DNA of 63,797 nucleotides, counting the filler, from Reclinomonas americana ATCC 50394 (taxonomy: Eukaryota), in assembly GCA_048213135.1 (NCBI GenBank). It is 15 parts of 15 records of this genome, joined end to end, with 100 filler letters (N's around TTAATTAATTAA, not from the genome) between each part and the next. Parts side by side here need not be neighbours in the genome. Positions count along the whole stretch, not along the records: positions 1 to 3,649 come from AFZH01021991.1; positions 3,750 to 16,938 come from AFZH01021992.1; 13 more parts are not named here. One strand, written 5' to 3'. A program made the translations under genes and the position numbers. Positions 1 through 12,200 of the stretch are shown piece by piece. The notes beneath the pieces were generated by a model, which worked only from the letters and a program-made list of their open reading frames with translations, was not told the DNA's origin and did no database searches. The first letter of the stretch is position 1. Each line of letters opens with the position of its first letter.

Positions 1-3000
1 GAATTCCGAAAAGCCCTTCACAATCTGGCTGTCCCCGTGCGCCACGCCCAGGTCGTTAAACAGCGCCTTCTCGTCAAAGTTGAGCGTGAACACGGGCAGT
101 TGGGCCCCCGCAGCGCTCGCTCCTACCACACACAACACCGTCAGCTCCCCGCACACATTCTCAAGACCGATCGCATCCAACATGCTCACCTGACCGCCGA
201 GACGACCGACTGCCCGTCGACCGTGCAGGCGAGGACACCACACCGCCACCACCGCCTGCACCACCACCACCACCACCACCACCACCGACAACCGGAGCCG
301 CGGCACGAATGCTGCTGCTCTCGGAACCCAGTCCACCATTGCCACCCATGCCACCAGCCGCTGCGGATCCCGCCTGCATGGCCGCCTCCTCGGCGTGCAT
401 CAGCGCGTCCACTGACTGGGAGCGAATCGGGACACGAGAAAAGGCAGCAGGTGGCGACGAGCGTCCTCCCTCAGCACCGCCGCCACCGCCACCGCCACCA
501 CCCCCACCGCCGCCACTGTTAATGAGTGGGAGAGTGAGTGGGCGTGAGACAAAAACAGATACGCTCTCGATTGCACAACGCACCCGTGATAACCAGATGC
601 ACCCGCGACCGATTCGCTGTGCGTCGACGACTCGAAATCGTCCTCATCCATGTCGTCCACATCCTCCTCTTCGCCCAGCTCCTCATCGTCGTCCTGGAAG
701 CTGCTGTTGAAATCAATGTACGTCGGCGCTTCACCGCTGCCGTGCGGTGTGGCGTTTGGTGTTGGCCTTCGAGGCAGCAGCGACGAGGACGAGGACGACG
801 CTGCGTTGGCTCCCAACGCGGTGCCGACTGTGCCGGGTGTGCGTGGCGACTCGTCGTCGGCTGCGGCACGACGCGGCGTGATTTGTGGCGACGGATTCGG
901 AGAGACGTTTGAGGCCTCGGAGGCGACCGACGCATCACCCGTGTTCATGGACAGCGGTCGTCGGCTCGGCGGGGCGCGGTGTGGTGCGTGCTTTCGGCTC
1001 TGCTTGGCTGTGACGCGTGTGGGTCGGCCGGGACTGCAAGCAGCTGGCCCGTGAGTACGTGGTGGAGGAATGGCTGCACGACATTCTTTGTTACCTTCCA
1101 GTCGCCTTCATCGGCTTGGCATACGCCGCGAGGCTCTGGTACGGATAGCGCCGGCCCTCGGCACCCAGTAGCGCCGGTGGCAACTGCGGTATGGGCGGTG
1201 CATCGTCCAGTACGTCGCGCAGGTTGTGGAAGTAGTAATACAGCACGGATTTGAATGTGGTCTCAAACAGCAGCGAGTGCAAGTAGGCAAGGAACGTGTG
1301 CTCGTTCTGTGAGGCGCGCAGAGCAGTGAGAAGCCATCCGTGGAAATGGCTAAGGAAAAATGGAAACGCACCGGCCACTGTTTTCGCGTGCTGGTGACCG
1401 TGTCCAGCAGGCGACCCTTGTACTCGGGACTCACCAGCGTCAGTTGATCCAGGTCGTATACGGTGGCGTATTTCTGTATGCGTATGACGGGATGAGCCAC
1501 TGCACTCCGAAAAAAGGGGCCACTGCGCGCTGCAAACAAACCCTCACGGCCTTGGCCAACTGCACGTGCTTGGAGAGACCGACCAGACGCACACGATTGA
1601 GGTCGGCCACCGTGAGTGGGCACGTGCGCCACAATTCGATGCACGTGTGCCACGACTCCACGTCGCAGGTTGGCAGCGGCGCCGAGGCCGGATCGCGAGA
1701 TCTGTCACGGAAACAGTGAGGACGCGCGCTTCACAACAAGACGATGTGTGTACGAGTACGTACCCTTCGCCACTCGCCACACCAGGTACCACTACGCCCG
1801 CGTACGGATGTGGCGTGACCAGAGGCATGGGGACCAGTGTCGACAGCAAGTACACAATGCGACGTGCGGTTCTGTGCAGCGTTATCAGCAGCAAGATAAC
1901 CGACGTGACCAGCATGCACGCAATGTCACGCAACTCTCCCATCTTGTCGCTGGCGTACACAATCACCGGACGGCCGACGAGTAGGCTGTAGTATATGTGC
2001 TTTGCCCACGGCCAGTTGCGCTGGAAGCGCAGCAGTCCGAAGCCCATCGGCAGCTCGTCGCTGAGACTGCGGAAGAACGACTGGCGCGGCAGGCTGCAGA
2101 AGGGCCAAGAAATGTTTTCAGGAGAAAGGCAGCGGTTGACAAGCTGTGGTCACAGAACGCACCGCAAGAATTGCTTGTTGGGTGGGACAGCGGCAGCGGC
2201 GGCGGTGGCGGTCGATGCCGCAGCAGCCGAGGCCGTCTGCGATTCCGTGCCGTCGCCTCCGGCAGCCGTCGCCCGTCCGCCCGACTCGGATGCCTCATCC
2301 TCTGCGCACGAGGCGAAGAATTTCCTGCTCAGCAGATGCACATGCACGCACACATACAAGTGGCAAATCCAGCAAACCATAGTCATCCTCGTCGCCGTGC
2401 CTTTGAGATCCACTGGCTCCCTCCGACCTGGGAACACACAAATAGACAAGTGAGGAAGAAGACCAGTTGTCGAGGCGCACACCGCACACACCGATCCTCA
2501 GTTGCGCTCGGCCGCTGGCTACCGGCGGCCGGCGCTGCCGCCGAGCGCGACTCCTGCCCCGTGGGCGATGGCGGACGTCCGGGCAACAGCACAATCTGAC
2601 GAGCGGTGATTGCGTGAGGGGAGGGATAGACAGCATATTACAGCATCGCAGTGTGTCGGTACTCACCGGCCGCGATTGCCGCGTGCGACAGTATCGCGCC
2701 TGACGCACGTCACTCACTCCGTCCAGTCGACCGTGTCTCGCACGACTGCACAACCGTCAGCATGGGTTGACGGAAGAGTCATGAAAAAAACAATCACACG
2801 CAACGCTTCCGCTTCCATGTTGAAATTCATCAACGGAGTGCTGCCAATGGTGAGGACCGAGGTCTCGGTGAATGGCACTGATGACGGAGAGTGTGTGAGT
2901 GACATTCAGCTGCGGCCACAAAAAAACTCAACCACACGCACCTGCAGTGACGGGAGCGTCGTCGAGTTCGAGAGCCAGCAGGGTGGCCGGAATGTTAAAG

Positions 3001-3599
3001 TACGTGTGCAGCTCGCGCATCAGGGCCTCGGCCTCGACAAAGTACGGCGCGCACAGCTCCGGCACCGAGCGCAGCTTCACGTCAAAGTCACGCTTCTTCT
3101 CAATCACATTCAAGACGCCACTGACGCTCTTCTGCAGTCGCTCCGACGACAACTCCCCAAGTGACACGTCCTCGGTGGCCACTCTGTACCGTCGCCTGTG
3201 GACACACACAGAGGTGAGCGCGGCGTCACACAAATAAGAATATGCGCGCGTGTACGAAACGATGCTCGTACACTCGGCGGTTGCGTGTCGCGCGCCGAAG
3301 CCGCCGCCGCGGCCGACGTCTCATCGTCGGATCGTGCTGCGGCAATCGATGACAGCTGCAAAATGGGGAGAGAAGCGGTCTCGTGAGAACCACAGAAGAG
3401 AAAGTGGCCACCCCTGCTCGTTCGCGCACCGAGGCGTCATCGCCGTCAAACAGCTGCCGGTACTCGTTCTGCAGCCGCACGAGCTCACTGATCACCCAAT
3501 CGTAGTCAATGTCGCGCAGAGCCGGGTGCTTTTCGCTCAGCGCCTGTGTGATGCACAGGGTGAGAAAGAGAGAGACGGGGGAGGGAGAAGAGAGAGAGA

Positions 3600-3643
<44 letters not shown>

Positions 3644-3958
3644 TGTTCGNNNNNNNNNNNNNNNNNNNNNNNNNNNNNNNNNNNNNNNNNNNNTTAATTA
3701 ATTAANNNNNNNNNNNNNNNNNNNNNNNNNNNNNNNNNNNNNNNNNNNNTAAAGGCGGTGTCTTTGCTCCTGTCTCCTCCTCCTCCTGTTCTTCTTCTCT
3801 CGTCTTCTCACTGGGCACCTGCGCGTGCGGCTCCACGCTCACATCGGGAGGTGCGTCTGTGGGCGCTGCGGCCTCGTGTCCCTGCGCAAGAGACAGAGAG
3901 TGAGAGTATGTTGACACACAGGCAGGCAGGGCACAGGGACCTCTGCGGTGTCGCCCAT
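1..3958 (-). CDS. SMCR8: SMCR8-like (folliculin/DENN family) protein; multi-exon, 3' end runs off the window, spans gap 3650-3749
   Basis: Spliced exons give GFGLLRFQRNWPWAKHIYYSLLVGRPVIVY..ARRIVYLLSTLVP, RLVGLSK..VYDLDQLTLVSPEYKGRLL, KLRSVPELC and LTIGSTPLMNF, which resemble SMCR8 C-terminal DENN motifs. Assigning the ATG at 3958 (MGDTAE|GHEAA) to this gene across the gap is inferred. Confidence 0.75.
3650..3749. other. Artificial gap linker N44-TTAATTAATTAA-N44 (stops in all six frames). Also at 16939, 21920, 24290, 28152, 32172, 36605, 41793, 43639, 49648, 51414, 53855, 60159 and 62601 (100 nt each)
   Basis: Identical 100-nt structure occurs 14 times. The MICU, PH, GTPase and methyltransferase genes continue colinearly across such linkers. 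Confidence 0.97.
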
Positions 3959-4022
3959 TGTGCTGTTATGTGAGTGATGTCCGTCGATCGATCCGTGCGA
4001 CCAGTGATCGAGTTTTTCCGCC

Positions 4023-5579
4023 ATGAAACGCGCGCGCAAGACCTCTGCCACTGACGACGATGGCGCTTCTTCCTCTGGAGCGGCTGCTGCATCCGCGTCC
4101 AAGGCGCCGCCGAAGAAGCGAGCCAAGAAGGAGCAGGTGTGAGAGAGACAACTTCCCTTGTTGTCTCTCACTCGCTCCCTTCTCACTCTCTCTGTGCGCA
4201 GCTCGTCTCTGCTGGCGCCCGAGCCACGCTGCCCATTGGTCAGGGCGTCACCTCGTCGTTCTTTGCCAGCGTCGATACGCTGCCGAACACGGCCACACTC
4301 GACGATCTGCTCACCGGCTTTCAAGAGGAGCTGCGGGAGCTCAGTGGCGATCCCACTGTGGTTGTCGCGGGTGTGAAGAAGCCGGCAAAGTGTGCAGCAA
4401 AGAGTGCACGCAGCAAGGTGCTGGCGGATCTCGGAATCAAGAAGACCGTAACCTTGGAGTTGATCGCCGAGTCGACGTTGCGTGAACTGCAGGCGGGGGA
4501 GTGCGATGGGATTGAGACTCAATGCTGCATCGACCAGTCATGAGCTGCCGCCGGCAATCGCGGCAGAGTGGAGCATGTCGATGGAATCCATCAACACAGC
4601 CGTCGGCTCACCATTCTCGTCCGTGTTCGCCATTGGCCACAACACGGGTCGCGTGGAGGTGCTCTCGGCCGACGACGGTTATCGGCCTGTGTGCTCCTTT
4701 GTCGCCAGCCACGCTGTTGACCGCCTGCAGTTCATCACCGACAGTCGATTGCTGGTGGGAACTGAACGAACCGACGAGAAGTACCACACTTTCTCGTCTC
4801 TGCAGTTGTGGGAGCTGGGCGAGCGGCCGCAGCTGGTGTGGGCCACGTGCAAGAAGGAGCGCGATCTGCGCGGAATGTGCGCAACGCGCGATCAGCGACA
4901 AGTGTTTGTCGGCACAATGCATGTGGACACGATCGAGCAACTGGACGGACTCACCGGCGCCGAGGTGGCGCCTCTGCGATGCACCGGCGAAGTGTGTGTT
5001 TTCAGCATGGCACTCTCGCCGGACGACCAGCTGCTGGCCGTTAGTCACGATGTGCCCAGCGAAACGGCCGACGACTTCTCCTCGAAGGGTGTCATCAGTC
5101 TGTTTTCAACTCAAAGCGGTGAGTACCTGAGGAGCATACCGATCCCGGCGCACTCGTGGGCCCTGTGCTTCTCCAGTGCCTCCATGCTGTGGACTGGCGG
5201 AGTAGGCTTCAATGTGTGCGAGGTGACAGTGGCAAGTGCCGACCGCGTAATGATGCGCCGTTTCCCTGGGCACGCCGAAAACCTGCAGTGCCTGGTGCTT
5301 GCCGATAGCGGGAAGCGGCTCGTGTCTTCCGACGCAGGTGATTCGTTTCCCCCACCTCTGACTGTGCACGCACCGTCGATGCTGAACTTTTTTGCGTTGT
5401 GCTCAGAGGGCCACATTCGCGTGTGGGATGTGTTAACCGGAAAGACCATTATGCTCCTGGCTGGCCACAAGGAGCAGATTTACTTCACGACGCTCGTCGG
5501 GAGCGACAAGGTGGTCTCCGCCGATCGGACCGGCAGCGTGCGGGTGTGGAATCTCGCCGTCGCGTTCGGATCGTCGTAG
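4023..5579 (+). CDS. WD40-repeat protein with basic N-terminal NLS and a possible ubiquitin-like domain
   Basis: Starts MKRARK..PPKKRAKK; LADLGIKKTVTLELI resembles a ubiquitin-fold strand. WD motifs: GHAENLQCL..IRVWD and GHKEQI..SADRTGSVRVWN. Intron 4477-4537 (GTTGCGT..CAG) joins the two ORF frames; intron 5338-5406 is in frame. Confidence 0.8.
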
Positions 5580-5636
5580 ATTTGCGTGAGCTGGTCAGTG
5601 CATGAAGGCAACATGCGATCATGTGGAGCTACAGCG

Positions 5637-6143
5637 TCACCGCCACTCAATGGCAGCTATTAACGGCCGACTGGCGACACCCTCCACAGTCAGCTCGAGG
5701 TGATCGCGGCAAATGCGAATGAAGCAGGTCCCGGCGCTGGCAACACGAGTGTGCGACTCGGGCTCGGCCGCCTCGAACTTCCCGAATATCGTCAAACATG
5801 TGTCGTCTGACTTCACAACCCGGCCGTAGGCGGTGATGTGCACGTCTCCAACGGTGGCATCCATGTGAACATCCTCACTGGAGGCGCACTTGAGTTCAAC
5901 AGTTGTCTGCGTAGGGCGAAAGGATAATGTTGAGCTCGAGAACACCAAGAGGCAATAAGAAGGAAGACGCGATGGTGAGTATCACGCGCACCGATTGTCG
6001 CGCGTACTCACCTCGTCGTCGTCACCTCGTGCGGTGATCACAATGGCACCTCCGATACGCAACATTCCACGCGCTTCGCTGAAAGAATGTGGAGAGGCAA
6101 ACTCCCCTTGCGGCCTGCAACTCCTGGAGGAGGCGGCTCCCAT
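5637..6143 (-). CDS. Small hypothetical protein, possible N-myristoylation (MGAASS)
   Basis: ATG at 6143, exon to ..GDDDE|GTGAGT (donor 6011), acceptor near 5907, then TTVELKC..IEWR stop. No family recognised. Confidence 0.55.
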
Positions 6144-6228
6144 GGATCCCACTCTCCCTGCGCTTGTTCTGATTCCACTCAGCTATTTTACATAACGGAG
6201 CTCGCGTCCTTCATTGCAATTGATTTGA

Positions 6229-9200
6229 TCATACTATCCCCAGCACACTACCACCCGTGTCTTGCAGCTTGGCGATGCGCGAGATGAGGTACTGACGCGT
6301 CTCGACCAGGAACTCGCGCATCTTGGCTCCCGACTGCGGGGCGCTGCCGCCCTCGAACGAGTGCGAACCGGAGGCCGCAGACGGCGAGCCAGCGTCGGCC
6401 TCGAACTGTGCGAGTGAAACGAACATGAGTGTCTCTTTCTCTCTCTCTCTTGCGGTACGCAGTGCGACGCAACTCGAGGAGGCTCGAGGGACGGCGCTGG
6501 TGTCAGCGGAGTGGGGTTGGAGTCGACACTCAAGTCGGTCAGCTTGCCGAGCAGCATTTCCAACTCGGCCGACAACTCGCGGGCCACACTGACCACCAAG
6601 TTCTTCTGATTCGAGAACATGCCCTGCACACAAGGTTCATCAGCAAGTGCCAGCACGGCGCGAGAATGAAAACGTACGAAACATGCGATCGGTAGTTGCG
6701 ATAGTATGTCTCCGTATCACACAACAGCACGTACAGACTGTGCTCGAGAATCTGCAACAGCAACGTCCGCACCACTCGCTGATGCCGACCCTGTTCACGA
6801 AGCTCTCGCGGGTGAGGAGCACAAAGAGAGAGAGAGAGAGAGGATATGGTGACGGGCACACACACCTTGTCGTTCTTCTTCACTCGATTGCGCAGCGCAT
6901 CGGACGCACCAAGGATGCACGTGCGCAACGTGCGCAGACTCGGCATGCCGTCCGACGACGATTCCAACTTGAATAGCAGGCCGTGTCTCTGTACGAGTGC
7001 CATGACTCACTGGTATATGATGCAGCCCCACCCTCCCAGCATCGACACACACCTCGGCCGAGAAGGACGACGAGAACGCCGGTGGCGCGAGGTTGTTGAA
7101 CACGCCAAGAAGCGTGTGCACCACCGACAGCGAGTATCGCTCGGCCAGTGGCTCGAAACCGTCCTTGGACACTTCAAACTCACCCTCCATCAGCGCAGCA
7201 TTGTTGATCGGACTGTCCTCCACGGCACCGCCCGGTTTTCTATAGAAAGAGTGAGTTGGCGGCAGCCACAGTCATGCACCTTTCCACCAATGCAGCACTC
7301 ACGATGCTGCGCCGCTGAGCTGGATGCTGGACGTAGGCCACGCCCCCGCCGGTTGCGAGAAGCTCGGTGATCCGGGGAAGTGTTGCGAGTGCATCATTCG
7401 ACGCCCGGTGCGACCGTTGGTGGGCGGAGTGACCTCATCGCCCGACGGCGCCGCCAGTGTGTTCTCCTTGCCGACGTAGTAGGCCACCTTCTCGGCCACC
7501 GACTTGGCGTCGAAGGCTTTCAAAAAGTCGCGCGGATGCGTGAAAATGCCCAGCATGCGCCCCTTTTCCAGACTGCCTTGCACAAACTGCACAAGAGCAA
7601 GAAGAAGGTCATTAACAACGATTCCTTCTCTCTCCCCCTCCCCGCGCGGCTCGACGACTGACCTGTGCAAACAGGTGGAGACAGCTGTTGACAAAGAGCG
7701 GTGGCGGCAGCGTGACGTACGACAACGCATGAATCACGCGGCACACACACAAGCACTCCTCCAGCCGTGCCAGGCGGAAGGGAGACGACTGAAACACGCC
7801 CAGCATGCCCCTCAGCAGCTGGTCTTGCCACAGGTCGAAGAACGACATGACACGATGCTGCATCTCGGTCGACTCGGGAATTTGCTCGAGCATCGACGCA
7901 ATCGTCATGAGAATGACACACCATGACTGCGGTGCGCCGTCAGCAGCCACGGCGAGCGAAAACTGAGACGAACGCAGCAGCAAATACGCAACTCGATGTC
8001 GCGGATGGCGCACAACGTGTCCGTGGTCGTCAAGATACGGCTCAATGGGGCCAGCATCCTGCGAGATCATCGACATGATGTCGGCGAGAACGCCCTCGCT
8101 CAGCAGCGCCAATGCACCGTCACGTGTGCGTGCCACTGCAAGCACAAGCGCCGACGCAGCCGTGGACCGCTGGCGGCTCTCACTGCTCAAGTCTACAACG
8201 CCGCGAGAGATTGAGCACGACACAAGCGTGGGACGCCTACGTAAGCACACGCGCTCACCAGCAGCCACCGTCGACAACATGGGCAGTTGGGTGAAAATGG
8301 TGTGAATCAACGACGGTCGCGTGGCATCCGGCGTGTGCCAAATGTACTGGCACACGACGCCCGAGGCCAGCGGTCGCACCACCGGATCGCAAAACAGCTC
8401 GTACACGTACACCAGTGTGTCGCCGCTGACAGAGTCGACTCTGAGGGAGGATATGCGTGTGTGAGAGTGAAGCAACACGTAAGACGAGTCTGGGAGTTCG
8501 CAACTGCGCAAACGGCAGCACACGGAGCAGCGAAGTGAGCATGTTGAACTGCACGGTGTGGCTGCCGAGATGCAACGAGAGCAACAGCTCGGTGAGTCGA
8601 TCGTGTACCCGTTGCAGAGCTGCACGGAGGCACAGTGAGTCACTCAATGGCAAACAAATGGATGGTGGAGCGCGCACCCTCGTAGTGCTCCAGAGCCGCT
8701 TCTCCCGCGTCACCAACTCGATCCGTCCACGCATTCACCAAGCACAAGAAGATACCCGAGACCTCCTCCACTAGCAGCCTGCATTTGCACGTGTCAGAAG
8801 ACGGAAACCGACATGAATGTGGTCACAACAGAAACGCAACTGAGCCTCGCGGGATTCGCCGCACTCACGCAGTGTTGGACTCGCCAACTCGACCAGTGTG
8901 CTGGCCAGCTTGCGCGTCATCTTGAGAACATCCGTCACCGCCGACTGTGCACGAACGTGAGAAAAGGCGCGCAACACCACCAATCGACCACCATCATGAG
9001 ACACAACTGAGAGGGTGTGATTGTGGTACTGCATGGCTGGGAAGACAACCATTAGCACGCGCGAGACCGACTGCATCATCTGGATGCGTGCATCCGACAG
9101 CGATTCGTAAAAGTTGAGACGGTGCAAGGCGCCTGGTGATGCAACAACGCGTGAGCACGACGCCAGGAGTCTCGCGTCGTTTTCTCTCGGACGCAACGTT

Positions 9201-12200
9201 GCAAGTCCCGACTGCCAGTGAGTACAAAGCCCTTCTCTTCGTGATACAAGTAGTTGGGTCCGTACGAGGACTCGGCACGCTCCGCCGTCGCTTGCATTGC
9301 AGTCAGCATCTCCATGGTCTGTTCAACAAAGAAAAAGAGTCAACACAGGTCCGCTGTTGCACAACCGCTTTAGACATACGCACCACAGTCGGTCGCGATC
9401 CGTCCCACTCGTTGTTGTACTGGCGCAGCAGTTCGCGACACTCGCGACGACTGGCGGCCACCTTCTCAAAGTGCGATGCGTCCATGCACACCGTGATCAA
9501 CTGCCGCAATCGCTCCTCTTGCAGCAACTGCTTGAGGAACTCGGCCTTCTTTGACGCACCCTGTGTGGTTTGTGGTTTGCCTGTGCACCACCAGTCAGCA
9601 CACACACACACACGCACTTCTCTTGCAAGAGAGCGTGACTTGCACGCAACTCGCTGTGGCCTGGTCGACAAACAGCTGCTGCGCAGCCAGCCGGTACAAA
9701 ATCGCCAGGGCGCGCAAGCGGAATGCCGTCTGCAGCGTGTCCGACAGCTCCGGCGACTCAACGTCTGCTTCCATGCTTTCATCCAGCGCACTGCCGCTGC
9801 CACTCGCGCCAGATTCACTCGCCAGCACCTCGACAAGCGACAGTGCTCTCTGTGCATTCGCCCAGAATGTCGAGTCCTCGCGTTGATGCTTCACAACCTG
9901 TACAACGACAGCACGAGACTCACAATTGAGGAATACGATGCACAATGGTGAAACGAAGCATCGAATCCCGCACGCAACAAAATGCATGCAATCGCTGGCC
10001 GACCACAGTTCCAGTACCAGACTCAACACTTCGCACACGAGGCGTGCCGAACTGAATGATCGAATCAGCTGCCGAACTCTCATCGACACACACACACACA
10101 CACACACACACAGAGGGAGACTACCACCACCAGCACACACCTTGGTCGCCGCAGAGCACCGGCAATGTCGGCCAACAAATCCTCAACCGCTTCGAGGGCA
10201 TTCTTCGGTACCGATGACGAAGGTGCGGTTGATGACGACGCGAGCTTGACGCTCGACGCCGCTGCAGTCACGGCCTTGGTCGCTGGGCCCGTCGGCTGGT
10301 TGTCGGCCGGTGGACGCAAGAAGTAGCCCGCGAGACCCGGCTGCGCGTGCAAACAAGGCAGATACAGTTGTGAGAAATTGTCTCGTACACACATGCAGCG
10401 CGCGGAAGAGGACGCACTTGCGATCCGAGAGAGCGATTGATCAGCAAGACAATGGCCGTGCGCAGCTCGGGAGCCTCGCCCTCGTACGACAAGGAATTGA
10501 GATTGGATTGTGCGTACGTGTCGATCTGTGTGGCACGACACGATGAGCATCCCCGCGAGAGAGTGTGTGTGTGTGTGTGTGAGCGTGCTGCACGCACTTC
10601 AGGTCCCAAGTAGCCGACCAGCGATGGCGGTCGTATTCTAAAGTCTCCAATGGCCAGCGCCACCAAACTCGTCACTTCGGTACTCAATACTTGCAACGGC
10701 TGCGGCCAGCAAGCAACAGAGTGTCAGATCTGCGGAACGAGAGCAGGGGCATCATCGCACAGAAAAACGCACCAGACTGGACTCGGAGGCCAAATGCATG
10801 ACATCCACCACCAAAAACTGGTGCGCTCGCTGCCTGCCATGCTCCAGCATCACAAACGCCTCTTCGAATGGCGATGCAAGTCGCAGCTCTCCTTGGGCAT
10901 CCTGTGCAGGCGCCATGACAAACAGTTAGTGTGCGTTCACATGTGACACTCTTCTCAGAGGCACACTCACCCTGGCATTCACACGGTACACAAAGAGTGT
11001 CTGCACGAAGCGCAGCGCCTCTGCAATCAAAACCTCCAGCACCGCAGTCTCCTCTAGCCGGTCGAGCTTGCGCACATTGTGCACGTGAGACAGGGCACTG
11101 GCTAGCAGCTGCAAGAAGGATTCATGCGCCGCCGGATTGTGCAGCAGCTCGTCGGCAAGCACATTGCTGCGCCACAGCGCAGTGTTCTCCGGCGCCTGCA
11201 CCTGCGCTGGGTGCGCGAAACTGATCACGCGCGACAGGAACTTGACGCACTGCGAGTTGCATGTGTCGCGTGTGAGCAGCGTTGCCATCGCATTCTACGC
11301 AGGCAGTGCCTCGGCGTAACTTCCAGCGCCAGTGTCCACCGCTCCGAGAGACGCTGATACGTCCACCCACTGAAGCCGCCGAGAATGTCGTGTTGCACGC
11401 AAAACACGATGCGCGAGTGCACGGCACTGGCTCGATTCGGTCGTCGATATGAACTGTCGTCGCGGGGACAGTGAGCGAAACTGAATGACAACAGCAGACA
11501 GCCGGAATGCTCACCCGTCAATGATCGTGCGAGAGAACTGCAAAAAGGCCTGCGTGGCTGGATACAGAGTCACTTGCTGCTCCAACTGGTTGATGCAGTA
11601 CAATCCGGCAATAAATGAATCCCACTGCAGCAGCTGGTCCACCATGTCAAAGTCGATATCTGCGCAAAAGTGTGTCAGCAGCCACACTCTTTCTCGAACG
11701 GACTCGTTGCCGCCACACCGCCCCGCACCGACAATGGCAGCGACACAATTGAAGCACTCGGCGTACAGCTGCGGCGGTGGTGGTGCCACGCCCTGTTGCG
11801 TCGAGCTGCAGATCAGCTGCAGCACGAGACCACAGAAGGAGCCACTGTGCAGACGAGCGATTGTGAGCCGCACATGAAACAAGAACAACGTAGTGACGAG
11901 AGCGGCCAAACCTGGACTGCTCGGGGTCTTGCTGGAATTCTTGTGCCATGTACATGTCCAGTACAGCCACCGTGTCTCGCGAGGGCATGTCTGTGTGGGA
12001 AGTCAACACAACGAACTCACCGACCAGTGCAGTCAACAGATGGCCACACGCAACGAACAAGGAATTTGTGCAACAGCGAGAGGAACTGCGTGCACGCATT
12101 GTACATCTCCATGCGCACATATGGATTGACTTCTGTTTGCGGCTTCAGTGCCTGCAGCAGCAAGTGCAACTGGCGGAAGTACAAGGCAATTGGCGAAAAG

